Shown piece after piece: positions 1 through 12,196 of a DNA stretch of 64,000 nt (the stretch's first letter is position 1; the number at the start of each line of letters is the position of its first letter). The DNA is from an uncultured Pelagibacteraceae bacterium. GTDB taxonomy: Bacteria > Pseudomonadota > Alphaproteobacteria > Pelagibacterales > Pelagibacteraceae. Where the stretch lies: the NCBI GenBank assembly GCA_902553675.1, contig CACDLV010000001.1, positions 1,080 to 65,079 on the forward strand. Direction: 5' to 3'. The notes under the pieces were generated by a model. That model saw only the letters and a list, made by a program, of their open reading frames with translations. It searched no databases and was not told the origin of the DNA. The position numbers and the translations under genes were made by a program.

Positions 1-779
1 CGCGCACCTTCTGTAATTAAGGTACCGTGTCCATAAATTCCTGTTGGGTGAAATTGAACAAACTCCATATCCTGAAGCGGTAATCCAGCTCTTAAAACCA
101 TTGCATTACCATCACCAGTGCAAGTATGTGCTGATGTTGCTGAATAATAAACTTTTCCATAACCACCTGTAGCAATAATTACTGTGTGCGCTCTAAATCT
201 ATGAATTGTGCCATCATTCAAATTCCAAGCAATTAGACCTTTGCATTCTCCATTCTTCATCAACAAATCTAATGCAAAATATTCTATAAAAAATTCTGTA
301 TTATGCTTTAACGCTTGTCCATATAATGTGTGTAAAATAGCATGTCCTGTTCTATCAGCTGCTGCACAAGTTCTTTGAACTATTCCATTTCCATAATTTT
401 TTGTCATTCCACCAAATGGTCTTTGATAAATTTTTCCCTCTTCAGTTCTACTAAATGGAACTCCATATTTTTCTAATTCTAAAACTGCTTTAGGTGCTTC
501 TTTACAAAGATATTCAATACTATCTTGATCACCTAACCAATCTGCACCTTTTACAGTGTCATACATGTGCCATCTCCAATCATCTTCTCCCATGTTTCCT
601 AGTGCTGCTGATATTCCGCCTTGTGCAGCTGATGTATGACTTCTGGTAGGAAATACTTTTGAGATACAAGCTGTTTTTAAACCAGCCTCGCTAAGCCCTA
701 CTGCCGCTCTTAAACCTGATCCACCTGCACCAAGTACAACAACATCATACTCATGGTCTATAATATTATATGCTTTCAT
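1..779 (-). CDS. sdhA: succinate dehydrogenase flavoprotein subunit, N-terminal part (runs off the window)
   Basis: Read manually: ATG at 779 gives [22 protein letters not shown]..., with the covalent-FAD motif [14 protein letters not shown] overlap with sdhD. Confidence 0.97.
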   Translation of the reverse strand, partial: MKAYNIIDHEYDVVVLGAGGSGLRAAVGLSEAGLKTACISKVFPTRSHTSAAQGGISAALGNMGEDDWRWHMYDTVKGADWLGDQDSIEYLCKEAPKAVLELEKYGVPFSRTEEGKIYQRPFGGMTKNYGNGIVQRTCAAADRTGHAILHTLYGQALKHNTEFFIEYFALDLLMKNGECKGLIAWNLNDGTIHRFRAHTVIIATGGYGKVYYSATSAHTCTGDGNAMVLRAGLPLQDMEFVQFHPTGIYGHGTLITEGA

Positions 780-1105
780 GTATTTAAGTTAAAAATTACA
801 ATTATTGTAATAAATGGGATTGTTATAGCAAAAAAATTTAGGACTTTGTTTGCGGCATTTTTGGTTTTTTTATCTTTAATATAGTCTTCAAAAACCTCAC
901 TTATAGTCAAAGCTGAAAAAAAATAAGCAATAACTAAAAATAATCCAATTAGAAATTTAGATGGTTGTGTTGTTAAAAAATTCACTATTTCAAAATAACT
1001 TTTATCATAGATATTCGCTAAATTTATAATAAACCAAAGCATTAAAGGTAATAAGATTGCGGAACTAATTTTTAAGAATAACCATTTTTTTGTTACTGGA
1101 AGCAT
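776..1105 (-). CDS. sdhD: succinate dehydrogenase hydrophobic membrane anchor
   Basis: 3 TM segments and an EDY motif; lies between sdhC and sdhA. Confidence 0.85.
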   Translation of the reverse strand: MLPVTKKWLFLKISSAILLPLMLWFIINLANIYDKSYFEIVNFLTTQPSKFLIGLFLVIAYFFSALTISEVFEDYIKDKKTKNAANKVLNFFAITIPFITIIVIFNLNT

Positions 1106-1485
1106 TATACTAATCCTCTACCAATTAAATAAATTAAGATAGTTAAAACAATCGAACCAAAAATAACTAACAAACCTGTAATTTTTGTTGTTTGTAATTC
1201 AAATCCATAACCTAAATCCATAATCAAGTGTCTTACTTCACTTAACATTTGAAAACTAAATGACCAGGTTATTCCAATTAAAATAAACTTACCTAAAAAA
1301 GTTTCTAAAAAAATTTTAATAACTTGATAATTACTTTCACCTAAAAGCATTAATGTAAACCAAATACAAATTAATGTGATTGCAAAAAAATTAATAATTC
1401 CTGTAATTCTATGTGAAATAGATACTAATGAAGAAATATGCCATTTATAAATTTGTATGTGTGGTGATAAAGGTCTTTCTTCCAT
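1105..1485 (-). CDS. sdhC: succinate dehydrogenase cytochrome b556 subunit
   Basis: RPLSPH..IY, SISHRITG and RHLIMD motifs. Confidence 0.95.
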   Translation of the reverse strand: MEERPLSPHIQIYKWHISSLVSISHRITGIINFFAITLICIWFTLMLLGESNYQVIKIFLETFLGKFILIGITWSFSFQMLSEVRHLIMDLGYGFELQTTKITGLLVIFGSIVLTILIYLIGRGLV

Positions 1486-1488
1486 ATT

Positions 1489-2484
1489 TTATTTTGAGTT
1501 AATAATTGTTTCAGCAATTTCAACAGAATTAAGTGCAGCACCTCTGAGTAGGTTGTCTGATACAATCCACAAATTTATCGAATTTTTTTTAGTTTTGTCT
1601 TCCCTAATTCTAGATATATATGTCTCATCACTTCCAGTTGCTTCAAATGGTGTGCTATAACCTCCATTTTCTCTTCTATCAATAACCTCACAGCCATCTG
1701 CTTTACTTAAAACATCTCTCACTTTTTTTAAAGTATATGGTTTTTCAAATTCTATATTTACAGACTCCGAATGAGATACTAGAACAGGAATTCTTACACA
1801 TGTAGCTGTAAGTTCAATTGACTCATCTAAAATTTTTTTTGTTTCATTCGTCATTTTTAATTCTTCTTTTGTATATCCATCATCAGCAAAAACATCGATA
1901 TGTGGAATAACATTAAAAGCGATTTGTTTAGTAAAATTTTTTGACTCTATTTTTTTTCCATCTAAATATTGTTTAGTTTGATCGATTAATTCGTCCATTG
2001 GACTTTTGCCACCACCTGAAACAGATTGATAAGTTGAAACTACAACTCTTTTAATTTTGAATAAATTATGTAGTGGTTTAAGTGCTATAACAAGTTGTGC
2101 TGTAGAACAATTTGGATTGGCAATAATATTTTTTTTCATATTTTTAATTTCGGCTGCATTCACTTGTGGAACGATCAATGGAACATCAGGATCCATCCTA
2201 AAAAAACTTGAATTATCTATTACAATTGTGTGCTTGGCAGCCTTTTCTGCAAATTTTTGAGCAATTTTTCCTCCAGCTGCAAAAAAAGTTATATCTGCTT
2301 TTGAAAAATCATATGTCTCTAAATTTTCAATAACATACTCTTTATCTCTAAAAGAGATTTTTTTTCCTGCACTTTTTTCTGAGGCAACTAAATATAGATT
2401 ATCAAACTTGAAGTTTTTTTTATCAAATACTTCAAGAGTTTTCCTTCCAACATTTCCTGTTGCACCTACTATAGCTATGTTCAT
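1489..2484 (-). CDS. asd: aspartate-semialdehyde dehydrogenase
   Basis: GATGNVG, NPNCST catalytic Cys, DNLLRGAALN. Confidence 0.97.
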   Translation of the reverse strand: MNIAIVGATGNVGRKTLEVFDKKNFKFDNLYLVASEKSAGKKISFRDKEYVIENLETYDFSKADITFFAAGGKIAQKFAEKAAKHTIVIDNSSFFRMDPDVPLIVPQVNAAEIKNMKKNIIANPNCSTAQLVIALKPLHNLFKIKRVVVSTYQSVSGGGKSPMDELIDQTKQYLDGKKIESKNFTKQIAFNVIPHIDVFADDGYTKEELKMTNETKKILDESIELTATCVRIPVLVSHSESVNIEFEKPYTLKKVRDVLSKADGCEVIDRRENGGYSTPFEATGSDETYISRIREDKTKKNSINLWIVSDNLLRGAALNSVEIAETIINSK

Positions 2485-2499
2485 TTTAAAGTTGTTATA

Positions 2500-3609
2500 C
2501 TAAATAAAAGGTAAATCGCAAACTTTACCACTGCAAATATCACCATTTATGCTCGCTTTTACGTTCTGGTCTATATTCCAATGCGATTTTTTCATCATAG
2601 CAATACCAATTACTTTTTTAAAATGAGGCGAATAACAAGCTGACCTTAATTCTCCAATGATTTTGTTATTATCATCAGCGAGATCTAAAGATCCTGTTAA
2701 ACTTATTTTGTCCAAATCTAACTTAACACCCATTAACTTTCTTTTTATACCTTCAGATTTTATTTTCTTTAATTTTTCTTTTCCTAAAAAAATAACATCA
2801 CTATCTATGTTTACATATTTATCAAAACCACATTCATAAGGATTATCTCCGTTATCCATATCATTGCCATGAGATAACAGACCACTTTCGATTCGTTCTA
2901 TTAAATTAGGACACCCTGGTTTAATATTAAATTCTTTTCCAATTTCAAATAAATGATCATATAGTTTTAAGCCTGCTTCAGTATTTTGAACATATACTTC
3001 ATAACCTCCTTGTTTAGACCATCCAGATTGTGCGATAAGGTGTTTTACACCTCCAAATTCAAAATAATCAAAACCAAAAAATTTTAATCTTGCGATCTGT
3101 TCTCCAAATACTTTTTCCATCAATTTAAATGATTTTGGACCTTGTACAGCCATGATATCAACTTTAGGTTCTATAATTTTAACATCAAATTTATTTCCAA
3201 TTGCTAATCCTTTTGCAAATAATATTACGTCGGTATCTGCAATAGAAATCCACCATTTGTTTTCATTTATTCTTAAAACAACTGGATCATTAATTAATCC
3301 AGCATTATCATCTATAATCGGACAATAATAACATCTTCCATCTTTAGACTTTGATAAATCTCTACAAGTCATTAGCTGAACTAATTTTGCAGAATCTTTT
3401 CCTGAAATTTCTACCTGTCTTTCAGCTGCTACATCCCAAATTTGAACATGCTCTTTTAAATGATGATAAGAATCTTCAATTGAACCAAAGGCAGCTGGAA
3501 GCAACATATGGTTATAAATTGTATAAGCTGTAACACCCTGTTCCTCAATTCGAGAAGTATATGGTGTACCTCTAAGTCTTCTTGATTTTGCAATTAAAAA
3601 GTTTTTCAT
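2500..3609 (-). CDS. dmdA: DMSP demethylase (GcvT family, THF-dependent)
   Basis: GcvT fold with [29 protein letters not shown] and [15 protein letters not shown], typical of DmdA. Adjacent to dmdB/dmdC-type genes. Confidence 0.93.
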   Translation of the reverse strand: MKNFLIAKSRRLRGTPYTSRIEEQGVTAYTIYNHMLLPAAFGSIEDSYHHLKEHVQIWDVAAERQVEISGKDSAKLVQLMTCRDLSKSKDGRCYYCPIIDDNAGLINDPVVLRINENKWWISIADTDVILFAKGLAIGNKFDVKIIEPKVDIMAVQGPKSFKLMEKVFGEQIARLKFFGFDYFEFGGVKHLIAQSGWSKQGGYEVYVQNTEAGLKLYDHLFEIGKEFNIKPGCPNLIERIESGLLSHGNDMDNGDNPYECGFDKYVNIDSDVIFLGKEKLKKIKSEGIKRKLMGVKLDLDKISLTGSLDLADDNNKIIGELRSACYSPHFKKVIGIAMMKKSHWNIDQNVKASINGDICSGKVCDLPFI

Positions 3610-4382
3610 TTTTTCAAAAATTCTAAAACTTTGTCTCTCATTTCAAATGCTTTTTCAATCATAATCATATGGCCGCAACCCTCGATTATGTGTGTAGATG
3701 AATTATTAATTAGACTAGAAAATTTTTTTCCAGCTTCTAGATTTACCATCTTATCTAGAGAACCAAAAATTAACATTGATGGAAATTCTATTAATTTAGC
3801 AGCATCAGAACCATTTTTATAATTATTACATGCAACAAGGTCTACCGCCAGTATGTCTCTTATGTCTCGCGGTGATTGTATTATTTTTTCTACTGGGTTA
3901 CCTCCAATAAATTTTTTTGAACCTTCATAACCCCACTTCATCATTAATTTAACAGCATCAGAGTCCCCATTTTTTGCTAGATCAATTAGATCTGGATGAA
4001 CTGGCATCTTATTTGACCCTCCGATAAAAACTAACTTTTTTAATCTATTTTTATATTTATGAGCATATTCAAGTATCTCCAAGCAACCTTGAGAATGACC
4101 AATTAAAATTAAATTATTTAAATTAAGTTTATTAAAAACCTGTTCCAACCAATCAGCTATTTTTTCAATACTATCTAAGCAAGGGCCATCAGAATTACCA
4201 TGCCCAGGTAAATCAATAGATAATACGTTAAAATTATTATTTGAAAAAAACTGTTCAGTTAGAGACCAAACAATATGTGAAAGACCACTTCCATGAAGAA
4301 ATACTATTGTTTCTTTATTTTGATCAATACCCTGACCTGCATCAGACGCATAAACATTTTTATTTTCCAATTGAAAATTCAA
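3606..4382 (-). CDS. alpha/beta hydrolase in the DMSP demethylation cluster
   Basis: HGSG oxyanion motif, DLPGHG, GHSQG nucleophile elbow, C-terminal GH. Confidence 0.9.
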   Translation of the reverse strand: MNFQLENKNVYASDAGQGIDQNKETIVFLHGSGLSHIVWSLTEQFFSNNNFNVLSIDLPGHGNSDGPCLDSIEKIADWLEQVFNKLNLNNLILIGHSQGCLEILEYAHKYKNRLKKLVFIGGSNKMPVHPDLIDLAKNGDSDAVKLMMKWGYEGSKKFIGGNPVEKIIQSPRDIRDILAVDLVACNNYKNGSDAAKLIEFPSMLIFGSLDKMVNLEAGKKFSSLINNSSTHIIEGCGHMIMIEKAFEMRDKVLEFLKK

Positions 4383-4389
4383 AAATTAC

Positions 4390-6006
4390 CTAAACTTGTT
4401 TTCTTAATTCAAACTTTTGTATTTTTCCTGTCGAAGTTTTTGGCAAATCACAGAACACAACCTTTTTAGGAACTTTAAATCCCGCTAAAGTTTCTTTACA
4501 AAAATCAATTAATTCTTTTTCTGATACCGGCTTATCTTTAACCATTTCAATAAATGCACAAGGAACTTCTCCCCATTTTTCATCTGGTTTTGCAACAACT
4601 GCAGCAATAGAAACTGATGGATGTTTAGAAAGTGTATTTTCTATTTCAATTGAAGAAATATTTTCTCCTCCAGAAATAATTATATCTTTTGATCTATCTT
4701 GTATTTTTACATACCCATCAGGATGCATTACAGCTAAATCACCACTATGAAACCATCCGTCTTTCATAGCTTTATCAGTAGCATCTTTGTCTTTAAAGTA
4801 ACCTTTCATTACGACATTCCCTCTAATCATAATTTCACCAATTGTTTTTCCATCTTTAGGAACTTCTTTCATTGTTTTTGGATCCAAAACAACGACACCT
4901 TCAGTATTTGGATATCTCACACCTTGCCTAGCCTTAATTTCATTTTGTTTTTCCTCATCGAAATTGTTCCATTCATCATTCCACGCACACTGAGTAACAT
5001 GTCCATAAGTTTCCGTTAAACCGTATACATGCATAACTTCAAAACCTAATGCTCTCATTTTTTTGAAAATTATACTTGGTGGTGGCGCTCCAGCGGTCAA
5101 AACATAAACTTTTTGTTTTAATTTTTTTTTGTCACTTTCAGGAGCTCCTGTAATCATATTTAATACTATTGGGGCACCGCCAAAATGAGTTACTTCATAT
5201 TTATCGATTAATTCAAAAATTTTTTTTATATCAATATTTCTTAAACAAATTGTCCTTCCGTTTAACATTGGAACTGTCCATGGATAACACCAACCATTAC
5301 AATGAAACATTGGAACCACTGTTAAAAAATTTAATCTATTTGGCATGTTCCAAGCTACCGAACTTCCTGTGGACATTAAATATGCACCTCTATGATGATA
5401 AACTACTCCTTTGGGATTTCCTGTAGTACCTGATGTATAGCTTAATGATATTGCTTGCCATTCATCCCCTGGCATTTGCCAATCGAAATTTTCATCACCT
5501 GTATTTAAAAAACTTTCATATTCTAAATCGCCAATTTTTTCTAATTTCGATTGATCTGCATTTTTATCATCTATATCAATTATTATAATTTTTTTATTTA
5601 AAGTTTTTAATGCCTTCTTAACTTCTCCATGTAATTGTCTATCAACTACTAGTACCTTTGCATCACTGTGATCTAAAATATATGAAATTGTATTTGCATC
5701 TAATCTTATATTAATAGTATTTAATACCGCACCTGCCATGGGCACTGAGTAATGTCCTTCGAAAATCTCTGGTGTATTAAAGGCTAAGAATGAGACAGTG
5801 TCTCCTTTTTTAATTCCAATTTTTGACAGTGCACTAGCAAATTTTACAGCTCTTTTGTAAACTTCATTCCAAGTATATTTCCTATCTTCATAAATTATAG
5901 CTTCATAATTTGGATAAATTTCCCTTGCTCTTTTAAGAAACGTTAATGGGGTAAGTGGTACGTAGTTAGCTTTATTTTTATCTAAATTTGTCTCGTAATG
6001 ATTCAT
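4390..6006 (-). CDS. dmdB: AMP-forming acyl-CoA ligase, likely methylmercaptopropionate-CoA ligase
   Basis: YTSGTTGNPKG, YGLTE, SGDLA, RSKDIIISGGEN, PKTSTGK; next to dmdA. Confidence 0.82.
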   Translation of the reverse strand: MNHYETNLDKNKANYVPLTPLTFLKRAREIYPNYEAIIYEDRKYTWNEVYKRAVKFASALSKIGIKKGDTVSFLAFNTPEIFEGHYSVPMAGAVLNTINIRLDANTISYILDHSDAKVLVVDRQLHGEVKKALKTLNKKIIIIDIDDKNADQSKLEKIGDLEYESFLNTGDENFDWQMPGDEWQAISLSYTSGTTGNPKGVVYHHRGAYLMSTGSSVAWNMPNRLNFLTVVPMFHCNGWCYPWTVPMLNGRTICLRNIDIKKIFELIDKYEVTHFGGAPIVLNMITGAPESDKKKLKQKVYVLTAGAPPPSIIFKKMRALGFEVMHVYGLTETYGHVTQCAWNDEWNNFDEEKQNEIKARQGVRYPNTEGVVVLDPKTMKEVPKDGKTIGEIMIRGNVVMKGYFKDKDATDKAMKDGWFHSGDLAVMHPDGYVKIQDRSKDIIISGGENISSIEIENTLSKHPSVSIAAVVAKPDEKWGEVPCAFIEMVKDKPVSEKELIDFCKETLAGFKVPKKVVFCDLPKTSTGKIQKFELRKQV

Positions 6007-6008
6007 TA

Positions 6009-7772
6009 TTAATTAAACTTAAAATTCATTATATTAGAACTTCCAGAAATAGCAGATTTGTAATGGTACTCAGCTCTAGGCAATACCTTATCAAAATAAA
6101 ATTTTGCTGTATTTATTTTATCACTATAAAATTCTTTATTTTTTTCAAAATCCTTAAAGCTTACATCTAAAATTTTGATCCAAGAATAAGCAATTGAAAC
6201 ATATCCCAGACTTCTCAAATAATCATTTGCTGCAGCACTAACATCGTCCTTTTCGATTTTATGTTTATCCTTAATCCAGTCAGTAAACTTAGATAAAATA
6301 TCTAAATAATAATTTAATTCTTTTGAAAATGTTTTTACTTTTTCATTTTTACTATCACATTCAGATTTAATCATATCTAAAAACTTATTAATAACATCGC
6401 CATTTTTATTTGATAATTTTCTAAATACTAAATCTGCTGCCTGAACAGAATTTGTTCCTTCATAGATTGGGGTAATACGATTATCTCTATATAATTGCTC
6501 TATTCCTTGGTCTTTAGTGTATCCATATCCACCATGTATTTGCATCGCGTCGTTCGTAATTTCCATAGCTAAATCTGTAAATAATGACTTAACAACTGGT
6601 GTCATCAATGAAACATAATCCAAAGCCTCTTGTTTAATCTTTTCATCAGGATGATAAAGACTCACCTCAGTTTGTTGTGATAACCAAAAACATAAAGCTC
6701 TTTCTCCTTCAATAATTGACTTCATATTAAGTAAAGATCTTCTAATATCCGCATGATCTATTATAAAGTCTGCACCATTTGTGGATTTTGAATTATTTGT
6801 TTTTCCTTGTTTTCTCTCTTTTGCATAAGCAAGTGAGTTCTGATACGCAATTTCAGAAATTCCTAAACCTTGAATACCTACCACTATTCTCTCAAGGTTC
6901 ATCATAGTAAACATAGCACTAAGTCCTTTATCTTTGTTACCAATCATATAACCAGTTGCTTCATCAAAATTTAACACACATGTTGCTGAACCCTTTATTC
7001 CCATTTTACTCTCTATAGATCCTGTTGAAATTCCATTTCTTTGACCAACACTACCATCTTCATTTACAATAAATTTTGGTACTAAAAATAAACTAATTCC
7101 TTTAGTACCCGCAGGAGAGTCCGTTGATCTTGCTAAAACTAAATGAATAATATTTTCAGTTAAGTCATGATCACCAGAAGTTATAAAAATCTTTTGACCA
7201 CTAATTTTATAGGTGTCATCAGATTGTTTGACGGCTTTGGTTTTTAACAAACCTAAGTCTGTACCACAGACTGGTTCTGTTAAACACATAGTGCCACTCC
7301 ATTTACCTTCGACGATCTTTGGTAAATATTTATCTTTAATTTCATCTGAAGCATGATGATTAATACAATTATAGGCACCAATACTAAGTTCACTATATAA
7401 TTTAAATGACAAACTGGCTGAAGAAAGCATTTCATCAAAGAACGCGCTTACTGTTTTTGGCATTCCTTGGCCTCCATATTTGGGATCACAAGACAATGAT
7501 GTCCAACCATCTTCAATATATTTCTGATATGCTTCTTTGTAACCCGGTGGTGTTCTGACAACACCATTTTCTAAAATTGCTGGATTTTCATCACCTGCTT
7601 TAGCAAGAGGTAAAATTAAATTTTGATTTATTTTAGCTGCTTCTTCTAAAATATCTTTAACAAGATCTGCACTCACCTCATTATATTTTTCAAGCTCATT
7701 ATAATTCTTATTATCTCTTAATTTTTCAAAGAGAAACATCATGTCTTTTACTGGTGCGGTGTAACTTGGCAT
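6009..7772 (-). CDS. dmdC: acyl-CoA dehydrogenase, likely MMPA-CoA dehydrogenase
   Basis: MCLTEPVCGTDL, GQKIFIT, KMGIKGSAT, IYEGTN; 587-aa long type; dmd context. Confidence 0.82.
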   Translation of the reverse strand: MPSYTAPVKDMMFLFEKLRDNKNYNELEKYNEVSADLVKDILEEAAKINQNLILPLAKAGDENPAILENGVVRTPPGYKEAYQKYIEDGWTSLSCDPKYGGQGMPKTVSAFFDEMLSSASLSFKLYSELSIGAYNCINHHASDEIKDKYLPKIVEGKWSGTMCLTEPVCGTDLGLLKTKAVKQSDDTYKISGQKIFITSGDHDLTENIIHLVLARSTDSPAGTKGISLFLVPKFIVNEDGSVGQRNGISTGSIESKMGIKGSATCVLNFDEATGYMIGNKDKGLSAMFTMMNLERIVVGIQGLGISEIAYQNSLAYAKERKQGKTNNSKSTNGADFIIDHADIRRSLLNMKSIIEGERALCFWLSQQTEVSLYHPDEKIKQEALDYVSLMTPVVKSLFTDLAMEITNDAMQIHGGYGYTKDQGIEQLYRDNRITPIYEGTNSVQAADLVFRKLSNKNGDVINKFLDMIKSECDSKNEKVKTFSKELNYYLDILSKFTDWIKDKHKIEKDDVSAAANDYLRSLGYVSIAYSWIKILDVSFKDFEKNKEFYSDKINTAKFYFDKVLPRAEYHYKSAISGSSNIMNFKFN

Positions 7773-7798
7773 ATTTAAAGCTTAGAATAATTCTGATT

Positions 7799-8905
7799 TT
7801 ATTGCAATTTTGAAATTATCGCATCACCCATTGCTGACGTGGAAGTCTCTTTCATACCCTCTGACATTATATCTTTAGTTCTTAACCCATCATTTAAAAC
7901 ATCTTGAACTGCTTTTTCTAAAATATCTGCTTCTTTATCAAGATCTAAAGAATATCTTAGTGCCATAGCAAAGCTCAAAATAGAAGCAATTGGATTTGCT
8001 ATCCCTTTACCAGCTATATCTGGAGCTGACCCGTGTATAGGCTCGTACATCGCTCTCATCTCACCATCTTTATTTTTTGCGCCTAAAGATGCTGATGGTA
8101 AAAGACCTAAAGATCCCGTTAACATTGAAGCTTGGTCTGACAACATATCTCCAAACAAATTATCTGTTACAATTACATCAAATTGTTTTGGGTTTCTTAA
8201 AAGCTGCATAGCACAATTGTCTGCTAACATATGACTTAATTCTACATCTTTGTATTCTTTTTCATGAAGTTCTTGGACTTCTTCTTTCCACAATTGTCCT
8301 GCTTCCATCACATTTGATTTCTCACACGATGTAACCTTGTTTGATCTTTTTCTAGCTAAATCAAAAGCGATCCTAGCTACTCTAGTAATTTCACTAGTCG
8401 TATAAGTGTGTGTATTAATTCCTTTTCTTTCTCCATTTTCAATTGGCTTAATTCCTCTAGGTTCACCAAAATATATACCGCCCGTTAACTCTCTTACTAT
8501 CATTATATCTAGTCCTGAAACTACTTCTGGCTTTAGGGTTGAAGCATCGACTAATTGTTTAAAACAGATTGCAGGCCTTAAGTTAGCAAAAAGCTTTAAT
8601 TCTTTTCTGAGTTTTAATAATGCTCTTTCTGGTTTTTTGGAAAATTCTAGGTTATCCCATGTAGGACCACCAACTGCTCCAAGCATAATTACTTCACTTT
8701 CTAGTGCTTTGTAAAAAACCTCATCAGTGATTGGGGTACCGTGTTTATCATAAGAACAACCACCGACTAGCTCCTGATCAATTTCAAAATCTAAAGATTT
8801 TTTATCATTAAACCAGTTAATAATTTTTTTTACCTCAGCTATTACCTCTGGACCAATACCATCACCAGGAAGTAAAAGTATTTTTCTTTTTTTTACTTTA
8901 ATCAT
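7799..8905 (-). CDS. leuB: 3-isopropylmalate dehydrogenase
   Basis: [28 protein letters not shown]. Confidence 0.97.
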   Translation of the reverse strand: MIKVKKRKILLLPGDGIGPEVIAEVKKIINWFNDKKSLDFEIDQELVGGCSYDKHGTPITDEVFYKALESEVIMLGAVGGPTWDNLEFSKKPERALLKLRKELKLFANLRPAICFKQLVDASTLKPEVVSGLDIMIVRELTGGIYFGEPRGIKPIENGERKGINTHTYTTSEITRVARIAFDLARKRSNKVTSCEKSNVMEAGQLWKEEVQELHEKEYKDVELSHMLADNCAMQLLRNPKQFDVIVTDNLFGDMLSDQASMLTGSLGLLPSASLGAKNKDGEMRAMYEPIHGSAPDIAGKGIANPIASILSFAMALRYSLDLDKEADILEKAVQDVLNDGLRTKDIMSEGMKETSTSAMGDAIISKLQ

Positions 8906-9503
8906 TAAATACCCAAGGCTTTTCGTTTTTTAAATTTGTTTCAAACATTTCTATTTTTTCTGATTTTTTTAGTGATAAAGCGATATCATCAAGCCCTTCT
9001 AACAAACATTTTTTCTTAAATGGATCAACTTCAAATTTTAGCTCATTATTTCCATAAACTATTTTTTCCTCTTGCAAATCAATAGAAATTTCTTCTTGTC
9101 TATTTGCGTATTCAGATAGCTCTTTGATTTTTTCTTCTTCAAGGATTATAGGCAAAATTCCATTTTTAAAACAATTACTAAAAAAAATATCTGCATAACT
9201 TGAACTTATTACACAAGTAATTCCAAAATCTAATAAAGCCCAAGGAGCATGTTCTCTTGATGAACCACATCCAAAGTTTTTTCCAGCAATTAAAATTTTA
9301 GATTGTTTAAATGGATCTTTGTTTAACACAAAATCATTTATTTCTTTGCCTTGATCATCATATCTCATTTCAAAAAACAAATTTTTTCCAAGACCAGTTC
9401 TTTTGATAGTTTTTAAAAACTGTTTTGGAATTATCATATCTGTATCAATATTTACAATTGGTAAATAAGCTGGGATACTTTTTAATTTATTAAATTTTTG
9501 CAT
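8898..9503 (-). CDS. leuD: 3-isopropylmalate dehydratase small subunit
   Basis: [20 protein letters not shown]. Confidence 0.97.
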   Translation of the reverse strand: MQKFNKLKSIPAYLPIVNIDTDMIIPKQFLKTIKRTGLGKNLFFEMRYDDQGKEINDFVLNKDPFKQSKILIAGKNFGCGSSREHAPWALLDFGITCVISSSYADIFFSNCFKNGILPIILEEEKIKELSEYANRQEEISIDLQEEKIVYGNNELKFEVDPFKKKCLLEGLDDIALSLKKSEKIEMFETNLKNEKPWVFND

Positions 9504-10907
9504 TTAATTTTGATACTTTCTGACATCATCTAAATTACCTGAAATTGCGGCTGCTGCAGCCATCCCAGGACTAACTAGATGGGTTCTACCACCTCTACCT
9601 TGTCTTCCTTCAAAATTTCTATTTGATGTAGAGGCACATCTTTCTTCTGGCTTTAATTTATCAGCATTCATCGCTAGACACATAGAACAACCTGGTTCTC
9701 TCCATTCAAACCCTGAACTAACAAAAATTTTATCAAGCCCTTCTTGCTCTGCTTGTTCTTTAACTAAGCCTGACCCTGGAACAACTATAGCATTAACATG
9801 TGATGATACTTTTTTATCCTTTAAGATTTTTGCTGCTTCTCTTAAATCTTCTATTCTGCCATTAGTACAACTACCAATAAATACTTTATCTATTTTTATA
9901 TCTGTAGCTGACATGTCAGGTTTTAGACCCATATACTTTAAAGCTCTTTCAATTGAATTTTTTTTATCCTCATCAGTTTCGTTATTTGGATTTGGAACTT
10001 TTCCATCAATTGTTATTACATCTTGTGGTGACGTACCCCATGTAATCATAGGTAAAATTTCATTTGCATTTAGGCTAATTTCTTTATCAAAACTCGCACC
10101 AGTGTCTGTTTTTAAAGTTTCCCAATAGTTTAAAGCTTTGTCCCAATTTTCACCTTTTGGTGACATTGGTTTTCCATTTAGATATTCAAAAATTTTTTCA
10201 TCTGGTGCAATTAGTCCTGCTCTTGCACCACCCTCAATCGTCATGTTGCAAATAGTCATTCTTTGTTCAACACTTAATGATCTTATTAAATCTCCAGCAT
10301 ATTCTACAACAGATCCTGTTCCACCTGCTGTACCTATTTTTCCAATTATTTGAAGTATTACATCTTTAGAAGTAACTCCTAAAGGAAGTTCACCATTAAC
10401 ATTAATTCTAAAATTTTTAGCTTTCTTTTGAACTAGTGTTTGAGTTGCTAAAACATGTTCAACTTCTGAAGTACCTATTCCAAATGCTAAGGCACCAAAC
10501 GCTCCATGCGTAGCAGTATGACTGTCTCCACAAACAATAACTGAACCTGGTTGAGTAAAACCTTGTTCAGGTCCTATGATGTGAACGATACCTTGCCTCT
10601 TATCATCCATACCAAATAGCTGAACGCCAAATTCTTTACAATTTGACTCTAATGTATCTACTTGAATTTTTGACTCTTCATCTGAAATACCTTTTGATCT
10701 GTCAGTTGTTGGAACATTATGATCTGCAACCGCTAGAGTTAAATTTGGGTGTCTAACTTTTCTATTAGAATTTCTTAATCCTTCAAAAGCTTGGGGGCTT
10801 GTCACCTCGTGAATTAGATGTCTATCTACAAAAATTAAAGATGTGCCATCATCTTGTTGATCAACTAGATGATCGTTCCAAATTTTATCGTATAATGTTG
10901 TAGACAT
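9504..10907 (-). CDS. leuC: 3-isopropylmalate dehydratase large subunit
   Basis: [27 protein letters not shown] Fe-S ligands. Confidence 0.98.
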   Translation of the reverse strand: MSTTLYDKIWNDHLVDQQDDGTSLIFVDRHLIHEVTSPQAFEGLRNSNRKVRHPNLTLAVADHNVPTTDRSKGISDEESKIQVDTLESNCKEFGVQLFGMDDKRQGIVHIIGPEQGFTQPGSVIVCGDSHTATHGAFGALAFGIGTSEVEHVLATQTLVQKKAKNFRINVNGELPLGVTSKDVILQIIGKIGTAGGTGSVVEYAGDLIRSLSVEQRMTICNMTIEGGARAGLIAPDEKIFEYLNGKPMSPKGENWDKALNYWETLKTDTGASFDKEISLNANEILPMITWGTSPQDVITIDGKVPNPNNETDEDKKNSIERALKYMGLKPDMSATDIKIDKVFIGSCTNGRIEDLREAAKILKDKKVSSHVNAIVVPGSGLVKEQAEQEGLDKIFVSSGFEWREPGCSMCLAMNADKLKPEERCASTSNRNFEGRQGRGGRTHLVSPGMAAAAAISGNLDDVRKYQN

Positions 10908-10918
10908 TGAAAAAAAAA

Positions 10919-11479
10919 TTATTTTTTTTCTTTAGAGCTTTCTGATTTTAGTTCTTCTTTAAGAGCTTCTGCTACTGGAGCTGCTTCTTCCTTAGGTACA
11001 CCCTCTGCTTTAGGAGCCTCTGCTATTGATGCCGCTTCTTCTTTAGGAGCTTCTGCTGCTGGAGCTACATTTTCCTCTGTAACTGTTTCTGGTTTTACAT
11101 CGATATCAATACCAATTTTTTTTCTAATTTTTTCTGCAATCCTTGCTGATTTACCAGTTCTGTCTCTTAAATAGTAAAGTTTTGCTCTTCTTACTTTACC
11201 AGATCTAATAACTTTAATTGAATCAATTAACGTTCCAAACAACGGGAAAGTTCTCTCAACACCCTCGCCAAAGGAAATTTTTCTAACAGTAAATGATGAG
11301 TTTAAGTCTCTACTTTTTTTAGCAATACATACTCCCTCAAAATATTGAATTCTTTCTTTTTTCCCCTCAGTAATTCTCACACCAACTTTAACAACATCTC
11401 CAGGATAAAATTCAGGTATCTTTTTCTCTGAAAGTATTTTTTTTACGTTGTGCTGGTTTATTTCTTCAATTGTTTTCAT
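10919..11479 (-). CDS. rplS: 50S ribosomal protein L19 with acidic Ala/Glu/Pro-rich C-terminal tail
   Basis: [19 protein letters not shown]; ATG at 11479 preferred over TTG at 11494. Confidence 0.97.
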   Translation of the reverse strand: MKTIEEINQHNVKKILSEKKIPEFYPGDVVKVGVRITEGKKERIQYFEGVCIAKKSRDLNSSFTVRKISFGEGVERTFPLFGTLIDSIKVIRSGKVRRAKLYYLRDRTGKSARIAEKIRKKIGIDIDVKPETVTEENVAPAAEAPKEEAASIAEAPKAEGVPKEEAAPVAEALKEELKSESSKEKK

Positions 11480-11495
11480 GTTAGTATTTATCAAG

Positions 11496-12182
11496 TTAAT
11501 TCTTCTTATATTTTTCCCATAAATCTGGTCTTCGGACGCGTGTTATAGCCTCAGATTGAGATAAACGCCAGTGTTTAATTTTATTATGATCTCCTGATAA
11601 TAGTACGTCTGGGACGGCTTTTTCCTCCCAAATTTGAGGTTTTGTATACTGAGGGTACTCAAGAAGACCATTTTCAAAGGTTTCATCTAATTTAGAATTT
11701 TCATTTCCCAAAACACCTGGCAGTAGTCTTAAAATACTATCTATAACTACATATGCCGCTGACTCCCCGCCTGACAAAACATAATCTCCAATACTAATTT
11801 CCTCAATATTTCTTGTTGAAAGTATTCTTTCATCCACACCTTCAAAATGACCACAAATTAAAGACAGAGATTTTTCATTAGCTAGTTCTTTTGCTAAATT
11901 TTGATCAAATTTTTTTCCTTTTGGTGACAAGTATAAAATCCTCTCACTCTCATTTTTGTTTTCATCTAAAGACTTTGCAAGAACATCTGCTTTTAATAAC
12001 ATCCCTGAACCGCCCCCATAAGGTGTATCATCCACTGTTTTATGTTTGTCATCAGCTGCATCTCTTATGTTTACAACTTTAAGTTTCCATAAATTATTTG
12101 ATAAAGCTTTTCCATAAAGTCCTTTAGATAAAGGACCAGGAAAAACCTCTGGATAAAGTGTAAACACTTGAGCTTGCCACAT
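11496..12182 (-). CDS. trmD: tRNA (guanine37-N1)-methyltransferase
   Basis: [33 protein letters not shown]. Confidence 0.98.
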   Translation of the reverse strand: MWQAQVFTLYPEVFPGPLSKGLYGKALSNNLWKLKVVNIRDAADDKHKTVDDTPYGGGSGMLLKADVLAKSLDENKNESERILYLSPKGKKFDQNLAKELANEKSLSLICGHFEGVDERILSTRNIEEISIGDYVLSGGESAAYVVIDSILRLLPGVLGNENSKLDETFENGLLEYPQYTKPQIWEEKAVPDVLLSGDHNKIKHWRLSQSEAITRVRRPDLWEKYKKN

Positions 12183-12196
12183 AAATAATCTTTAAA

